From NCBI RefSeq assembly GCF_018350175.1, contig NC_058368.1, forward strand, positions 180,484,001 through 180,548,000: a DNA stretch of 64,000 nucleotides. Direction: 5' to 3'. Of this stretch, positions 56,281 to 64,000 are shown piece by piece (the stretch's first letter is position 1; each line of letters begins with the position of its first letter). Below the pieces are notes generated by a model. It ran no database searches. It was not told the DNA's origin and saw only the letters and a program-made list of their open reading frames with translations. The position numbers were made by a program, and so were the translations under genes. The DNA comes from Felis catus (taxonomy: Eukaryota).

Positions 56281-58879
56281 TTCTTAAAATGACTGAAGTT
56301 TCTTTCTTATTCAGGCTAAGTCCAGGAGACTCTCCAAGGTAGCTGCTGTCCTTCCAGGATGCTTTAATATTATGGTACTTTTATATAGATACAAACTTCT
56401 CTGACATCTCTTTCACTTCATTTTTTAAATTACTTTTTGATTTTTATTATTGATGTATAGTGACATAATATTAGTTTTAAGTGTTAACATAGTGATTCAA
56501 CAAATGTAAATGTTACCCAATGCTCACCGTGATAAATGTAGTCACTGTCACCATACAATGCTACTACAATATTATTGACTATATTTAATATGCTGTACTT
56601 TTCATCTCCATAACTTACTTATTTTATAGATGGAAGTTTGTACTTCTTAATCCCCTTCACCTGTTTGCCCTTACCCCTAATCCCCTCCCTTTGGCAACCA
56701 CCAGTTTTTTTCTATTTATGAGTTTGTTTCTGTTTGGTTGTTTGGTTTTTTAGATTCCACATATAAATGAAGTCATATGGTATTTGTCTTTCTCTGTCTG
56801 GCTTATTTCACTTAGCATAATGCCATGTTGTCACAAATGGCAAGACTTCATTCTTTCTTATGGCTGAGTAATATTCCTCACACATATACATGTATGTAGG
56901 TATGTATCAAATCTTTATTGCTTCCATATCTTGGCTATTGTAAACAATGCTGCAATAAATACAGGGACACATGTATCTTTTTGAATCCATGTTTTTGTTT
57001 CCTTTGGCTAAGTACTCAGTAGTGGAATGACTGGATCATATAGTATTTTTATTTTTAAAATTTTTGAGGAAGAGCCATATTGCTTTCTACAGTGGTTGTA
57101 CCAATTTACATTCCCACCAACAGTGCACAAGAATACCCTCTCCTCCACATCCTTGCCAACACTTGCTATTTCTTATCTTTTTGATACTAGCCATTCTGAC
57201 TGGTGATATCTGACTGCGGTTTTGATTTGCATTTCTCTGATTATTAGCAATGTTGAGCATCTTTTCATATGTCTGTTTCCCATCTGTAGTCTTCTTTGGA
57301 AAAATGTTTATTTAAGTCCTCTGCCCGTTTTGTAATTGGATTATTATTATTTTTTGGAGTTGTATAAATTCTTTATTTTAGATACTGGATATTAACCCCT
57401 TCTTGGCCATATCATTAGCAAATATCTTCTCCCATTCAGTAGGTTGTTTTTTTGCTTTGTTGCATTCCTTTGCTATGCAAAAGATTTTTATTTTTGTGTG
57501 GTTCAAATAGTTTATTTTTGCTTTTGTTTGCCCTGTCTAAGGAGGCATATACATACATATGTTTCCAAGGCTGTTGTCCACGAGGTGACTGTCTATGTTT
57601 TCCTTTAGGAGTTTTATAGTTTCAGGTTTCACATGTAGGTCTATAATTCATTTTGAGTTTCTTTTGTGTATGCTGTGAGAAAGTTATATTGTTTCACTAT
57701 TTGTATGTAGCTGTCCAATTTTCCCAACACCATTTATTGACTAGACTGTCTTTTTCTCATTATATATTCTTGCCTCCTTTGTCACTGATAAATGTGGGTT
57801 TATTTCTGGGCTCTCTATCCTGTTCCATTGATATTTTTGTGTCAGAACCATACTGTTTTGATCACTATAGGTTTGTATTTATATCTTGAAATCAAGGAGT
57901 GTGATACCTCTAGTTTTGTTCTTCTTCCTCAAGGTAGCAATGGCTATTTGGGGTCTTGTGGTTCCACACTAATTTTAGTATTGTTTGTTTTATTTATGTG
58001 AAAAATGCTATTGGTATTTTGACAGGAATTGCATTGAATCTGTGGATTTAATTGGGTAGTATGGACATTTTAAGAACGTTACTTCTTCCAATCCATGAGC
58101 ATGGTATATCTTTACATTTATTTGTGTCATCTCCAATTTCTTTCATCAGTGATTTACATTTTTTTAGAGTGTGGGTCTTTCAGTTCTTTGGTTAAATTTA
58201 TCCCTAGGTATTTTATTCTTTTTGATGCAATTATAAATGGGATTGTTTTCTTAATTTCTCTCTGATACCTTTTTATTAGTATATAGAAATGCAACTGATT
58301 TCTGTATGGTAATTTAATATCCTGTGACTTCATTGAATTCCCTTATTCTAATATTTTTTTGGTGGAGTCTTTAGGGTTTTCTATACATAGTATCAGGACA
58401 TCTGTGAATAGTGACAGATTTACTTCTTTCTTTCCAATTTGGATTTTCTTTATTGTCTAATAATTCTGGCTAGGACTTCCAATACTGTGTTGAATAAAAA
58501 TGGCAAAAGTTAGCATCCTTTTCTTGTTCCTGATCTTAAAAGAAAAGTGTTTGGCTTTTCACCACTGAGTGTGATGTTGGCTGTGGGTCTGTCATATTCA
58601 ACCTTTATTATGTGGAGGTACATTCCTTCTGTACTTACTTTGTTGACAGTTTTATCGTAAATGGATGTTGAAATGCTTTGTTTGAATCTATTGAGATGAG
58701 CATGATTTTTATCTTTCATATCGTTAATGTGGTGTATCACATTGCTTGGTCTGCAAATGTTGAACCATCCTTGCATCTTTGGAATAAATTCCACCTGATT
58801 GTGGTGTATGAACCTTTTAATATATTGTTGAATTTGGTTTGGTAGTATTTTGTTGAGGTGTTTTGCATCTATGTTAATA

Positions 58880-59195
58880 GTGTGTGTGTGTATGTGGTGT
58901 GTGTATGTATATATATATACATATAAATATGTACACATATATATACACATATATATATATATATACATATATATACATATATATATACATACACACACAC
59001 AAACACTCTGGTGTGTGTATGTACACACAAACACACACACACACACATATATAGTGTGTGATACAAAAATCAAAGTGATACCAAAATCAAAGATACCACA
59101 CACACACACACACACATATATATAATATGCATTATTAATTTTATTATAATATGCATTATTAAATTTTGGTATATATATATATGTGTGTGTGTGTG
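58880..59195. repeat. Compound (TG)/(TA)/(CA) microsatellite containing an inverted duplication
   Basis: Directly visible; see findings. Confidence 0.9.
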
Positions 59196-60408
59196 GCATC
59201 TTTGATTTTGGTATCAAGGTAGCGTTGGCTTCATAAATTCAGTTTGGAAGAACTCCTTTCTCTTCAATTTTGAGAAGGATAGGTACTAATTCTTCTTTAA
59301 ATGTTTTTGGTGAATTCACCTTTGAAGCTGTCTGGACTTTGGCTTTTGTTTTGTTTAAAATTATGGGTTCGGGGATCCTGGGTGACTCAGTCCGTTAAGC
59401 ATCTGACTTCAGCTCAGCTTATGATCTCACAGTTGGTGAGTTCAAGACCCACATCAGGCTCTCTCTACTGTCAGCACCGAGCCCGCTTTGAGTCCTCTGT
59501 CTCCCTCTCTCTCTCTGCCCCTCCCCTGCTTTCTCTCTCTCTCTCTCCCCAAAATAAATAAACATTAAAAAGATTATGGATTCAGTTTCATTACCTCTAA
59601 TCTGTCTATTCAAGTTTTCTATTTGTTCATGGTTCAGTCTCAGAAGGATGTGGGTTTCTAGGAACTTATTCATTTCTTCTAGGTTGTCCAAATTGTTGGC
59701 ATATAATTGTTCATAGTAATCTCTGTTATCCTTCATATTTCTGTGGTGTTAGATGTAACTTTTCTTCATTCATTTCCTTTTTTATTTGGGCCTTCTTTTT
59801 TTTCCAAATGAGGCTGGCTAAAGGCTTATTGATTTATTCATCTTCTCAAAGAACAAGCTTTTAGTTTCATTGATATTACTATTTTTAAGTTTCTATTGCA
59901 TTTCTGTGCTGATCTTTATTATTTTCTTCCTTCTATTAACTTTGGGTTTTTTTTGTGCCTGTTCTTTTCCCACTTCTTTAAGTCATAGATTGTTCATTTG
60001 GAATTTTTCTTGTTTCTTGAGGTAGGCCTGTATTGCCATAAACTTCTCTCTTAGAACTGATTTTGCTGTGTCTCATGGATTTTGGAAAATTATGTTTCCA
60101 TTTTTATTTGTCTCAAGGTATTTTTAATTTCCTTTTCATTTCCTCATTGACGCACTGGTTGCTGAGTAACATGTTGCTTACTCCCCATGTTTTTGTGTTT
60201 TCCCCCATTTTTGTTCTTGTAAATGATTTCTAGTTTCATACAATTGTGGTTGGAAGGTATGCTTGATACAATTTCAATCCTCTTGAATGTATTGAGACCT
60301 GTTTTGTGCCTCAACATATGATCTATCCTGGAGAATACTCCATGTCCACTTGAAAATGATGTGTATTCTGTACTTTTTTTTTATTCTGTACTTTTTTAAA
60401 TGAAATGT

Positions 60409-60557
60409 TCTCTCTCTCTCTCTCTATATATATAACTATATGTAACTATATATATACATATACATATATGTAACTATATATATACATATATATACATATA
60501 CATATATGTAACTATATATATACATATATATACATATATAGTTACATATATATATAT
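60409..60557. repeat. (CT)n followed by a TA-rich minisatellite
   Basis: Repeated atatgtaactatatatatacat units. Confidence 0.9.
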
Positions 60558-61526
60558 GACATTAAGTCTATCTGGTTTAATGTGCCATTTAAGACCAAAA
60601 TTTCCTTATTAATTTTCTGTTTCCAAAATCTATTCATTGATGTAAGTGGGTTATTAAAATACCCTACTATTATTGGATTACTGTCATTTTCTCCTTTTAT
60701 GTCCTGTTAATATTTATTTAGGTGCTCCTATTTTGGCTGTATAAACATTTATGAATGTTACATCTTTCGTGGATTGACTGCTGTATCATTACATCATGCT
60801 TTTTCGTCTTTTGTTACAGTCTTTGTTTTAAAGTCTATTTTGTATGAATAAAAATATTTATTTTTTTTTAGAGAAACGATTTATTTTTGAAGGCATGATC
60901 AAGCCATTATTTATAATTCTCAACTTAGAAAATCAGAAATTTCAGTGATCACAGCAAAACATGGACAGTTTTTGCAAATTCTAACACATCTATGTGACAG
61001 AGTTGTGCCTCCAATAAGAAATCCTGCTTTTAAAGGACTTGGAATGGTGTAAGGAAACACATATGTGATATTAATCAAAAACAGGAACAAAATTAATTAT
61101 ATAGTGTGGTCTTTACCATGTAAAATATATGAATATGCATTATTATTAATTTTTGTTTTTTTAGCGGGAGAAATAAGAGCATGCAAACGACTCTTTTAAA
61201 AAGGCATTCTCTTTTTACGATAAATGTTAACCTTTTAAAGTAATTTTAATTTTTTTAATGTTTATTTATTTTTGAGACAGAGAGAGACAGAGCATGAACG
61301 GGGGAGGGTCAGAGAGAGAGGGAGACACAGAATCTGAAGCAGACTCCAGGCTCTGAGCTGTCAGCACAGAGCCCAACGTGGGGCTTGAACTCACAGACCA
61401 TGAGATCATGACCTGAGCCGAAGTCGGATGCTTAACCGACTGAGCCACCCAGGCGCCCCTTAAAGTAATTTTAAAGAACAATTTCTTATATCCTTCAATT
61501 TCCTGAAAGAACATTGTTCATATATA

Positions 61527-61880
61527 TTTTTTTTAAATATAATTTATTGTCAAGTCAGCTAACATACAGTGTATACAGTGGCTCTTCACTTCAGGAGTTG
61601 ATTCCCATGATTCATCACTTACATACAACACCCAGTGCTCATCCCAACAAGTGCCTTCCTCAATGCTTATCCCCCATTTTCCCCTCTCTCCTGCCCTCCT
61701 TCCCCATCAACCCTTGGTTTGTTCTCTGTATTTAAAAGTCTCTTATTTTTGCCTCCCTCTCTGTTTGAAACTCCCTTTTTCCCCTTCCCTTCCCCCCATG
61801 GTCTTCTGTTAAGTTTCTCAAATTCTACATATGAGTGAAAACATAGGATATCTGTCTTTCTCTGACTTATTTCACTTAGC
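61527..61880 (-). mobile_element. Younger carnivore L1 3' end (5'-truncated) nested in the older L1
   Basis: T8 tail, tttatt at 61543-61548, acaacacccagtgctcatcccaacaagtgcc 3'UTR motif and ORF2 end MLSEISQRKT. Confidence 0.85.
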
Positions 61881-62011
61881 AAAAAAGGGGGTGTCTCGGT
61901 GCCTTAGTCTGTTGAACGTGTGACTCTTGATTTTGGGTTGGGTCATGATCTCAGGGTCATGGAAACGAGCCCTGAATTGGGCTCTGCACTGAGCATGGAG
62001 TCTGCTTAAGA

Positions 62012-62048
<37 letters not shown>

Positions 62049-63027
62049 CCTCTCTCTTGCTCGTGTGCTCTCTTGCTCTCTAAAATTAAAAAAAGTCTAT
62101 TTTGTCTGGTATAATTATATTGCTATTCCAGTTTCTTTTTGTTTCCATTTACATGGAATATCTTTTTCCAGCCCTTTACTTTCAGTCTGTGTTTGTCTTT
62201 AGGTCTAAAGTTAGTCTCTTGTAGGCAAGATATAGATGGGTCTTTTTTTTTTTTAATGTTTGTTTGTTTATTTTGACAGACAGAGACTGTGAGTAGGGGA
62301 GGAGCAGAGAAAGAGGGAGAGAGAATCCTAAGTAGGCTCTGCACTGTCAGCACAGAGTCTGACATGGGACTCCATCCCACGAACCACAAGATCATGACCT
62401 GAGTCAAAATCTAGACTTAGCCCCTCAACCAACTGAGCCACCCAGGCACCCCAGGTCTTGTTTATTATCCATTCAGCTACCCTCTGTATTTTAATTGGAG
62501 TATTTATTCATTTACATTTAAAGTAATTATCGATATTTACTTATTGCCATTTTGTTAATTGTTTTCTCATTGTTTTTGTATTCTCTTGGTCTCTTCCTTT
62601 GAAATTTGATGGTTTTCTTTAGTGTTATGTTTGGGTTTTTTTCTCTTTATTTTTTATTTTTTTTAAAATGTTTATTTATTTCTGAGACAGAGAGAGACAG
62701 AGCATGAGTGGGGAGGGGCAGAGAGAGAGGGAGACACAGAATGTGAAGCAGGCTGCAGGCTCTGAGCTGTCAGCACAGAGCCTGATGCGGGGCTTGAACC
62801 CACAAACCATGAGATCATGACCTGAGCCGAAGTCAGTTGCTCAACTGACTGAGCCACCCAGGCACCCCTATTTTTTTTGTATATGTATTGTAGGATTTTG
62901 TTTTGTGGTCACCATGATGTTCATATATATTTACATATATATAGTATATTTACATATATGCATAGCATACTTACACATATATGTCTGTTTTAAGCTGATA
63001 ATTTTTTAAGTCTGAACACATTTTAAA

Positions 63028-63244
63028 GTTTTTTTTTTTTTCAACGTTTATTTATTTTTGGGACAGAGAGAGACAGAGTATGAACGGGGGAGGGGCAGAG
63101 AGAGAGGGAGACACAAAATCAGAAACAGGCTCCAGGCTCTGAGCCATCAGCCCAGAGCCCGACGCGGGGCTCGAACTCACAAACCGTGAGATCGTGACCT
63201 GGCTGAAGTCGGACGCTTAACCGACTGCGCCACCCAGGCGCCCC
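63028..63244 (-). mobile_element. Young SINEC_Fc-type element with 20-bp perfect direct repeat
   Basis: aagtctgaacacattttaaa at 63008-63027 and 63245-63264; CpGs intact. Confidence 0.95.
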
Positions 63245-64000
63245 AAGTCTGAACACATTTTAAAAGCACATTTTAATGCCCTCCCCCATTTTATATTTTG
63301 ATGTCTTATTTTACATATTTTTATTTTGTGTATACACCTTAACTACTTATTATAGTTGTTAATACTACTTTTGTCTTTTAACTTTCATACTCACTCTTTA
63401 AGTGGCCAATTTACTGCTTTTACTGTATTTGCCTTTACCAGTGGGATTTTTTTCTTTCATATTTTCTTAAAATTTCTAGTATGGTATTTTCCTTTAGGCT
63501 TAAAGAAGATCCTTTAATATTTCTTATAAGGCTGGTTTAGTGGTGATGAACTTTTTAGCTTTTGCTCTGCTGGTGAACGCTTTCTCTCTCCTTCAATTCT
63601 GTAAGATAACCTTGCCAGGTAGAGCAAACCTTGTTTGCAAGTTTTTTCTTTTTAGCACTTTAAATATATCCTGTCACTCCTTCTGGCCTGCAAAATTTCT
63701 GCTGACAAACTTTCTTTTGCTGCCTTTAAGATTTTCTCTTTAACTTTTGCCATTTTAATTATAATATGTCCTGGTGTAGATCTCATTGAGTTTATCTTGT
63801 TTGGAACTTTCTGTCCTACATGGGCTTAGATGTCTGTTTTTCCCTACACAGGTTAGGGAAGTTTTCAGTCATTATTTCTTCAACTAAATTTTCTGCCCCT
63901 TTCTCTTTTCCTTCTGGGACCCCTATAATAAATATCAGTATGATCAATGTTGTTCTAGAGGTCCTTTAAACTATTCTCATTTTTTAAAATTCTTTTTTCC

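Larger units (their letters stand above)
56435..64000 (-). mobile_element. Long decayed L1 (3'UTR, ORF2 from RT to endonuclease, continuing off the window) with nested SINEs at ~59371-59571 (+), 61250-61459 (-), 61887-62091 (+), 62244-62452 (-), 62648-62868 (-)
   Basis: RT remnant [41 protein letters not shown], then DYYEQLYANNLDNLEEMNKFLE, and endonuclease remnant DPSISCLQETNFRPKDKHRLKVKGWKKIFH. Many stops and frameshifts. Confidence 0.92.

Noticed and set aside
58510..59217. 235-aa ORF containing RT motifs
   Set aside because: Chimera of a microsatellite translation and a decayed L1 ORF2 fragment; the surrounding ORF2 is broken.
60425..60557. Regularly repeated units as a CRISPR-like array
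   Set aside because: No unique spacers or cas genes; simple TA-rich minisatellite in a mammalian intron.

Overview
Mammalian (carnivore, very probably felid: SINEC_Fc-like CanSINEs and L1_Fc-like 3' ends) genomic DNA with two minus-strand genes in tandem. (1) The 3' end of TENM2 (teneurin-2): four coding exons (49125-49421, 45910-47524, 35251-35381, 32846-33607) with canonical GT-AG sites and consistent phases, encoding the YD/RHS-repeat shell, RHS core, Tox-GHH-like domain and TCAP peptide, followed by a ~1.35 kb 3'UTR with AATAAA at 31487-31492. (2) About 21 kb downstream, the CpG-island promoter and first coding exon (9896-10014, first WW domain) of WWC1/KIBRA; 1-9895 is WWC1 intron 1. The rest is intronic or intergenic sequence rich in CanSINEs, L1, L2, MIR, hAT DNA transposons and MaLR LTRs, with a large decayed L1 block from ~53.1 kb to the end. 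Almost all other ORFs in the track are spurious. I found no evidence for a novel multi-gene system: the toxin-like RHS architecture is the known teneurin fold. The best unexplained structures are a probable L1 3' transduction (~60.86-61.88 kb), a fold-back templated inversion inside L1 ORF2 (~59.06-59.22 kb), a 30-bp E-box-centred palindrome (52540-52569) and an out-of-frame uORF overlapping the WWC1 start codon. Repeat family names were assigned by eye, and repeat boundaries are approximate unless a target-site duplication (TSD) is given.
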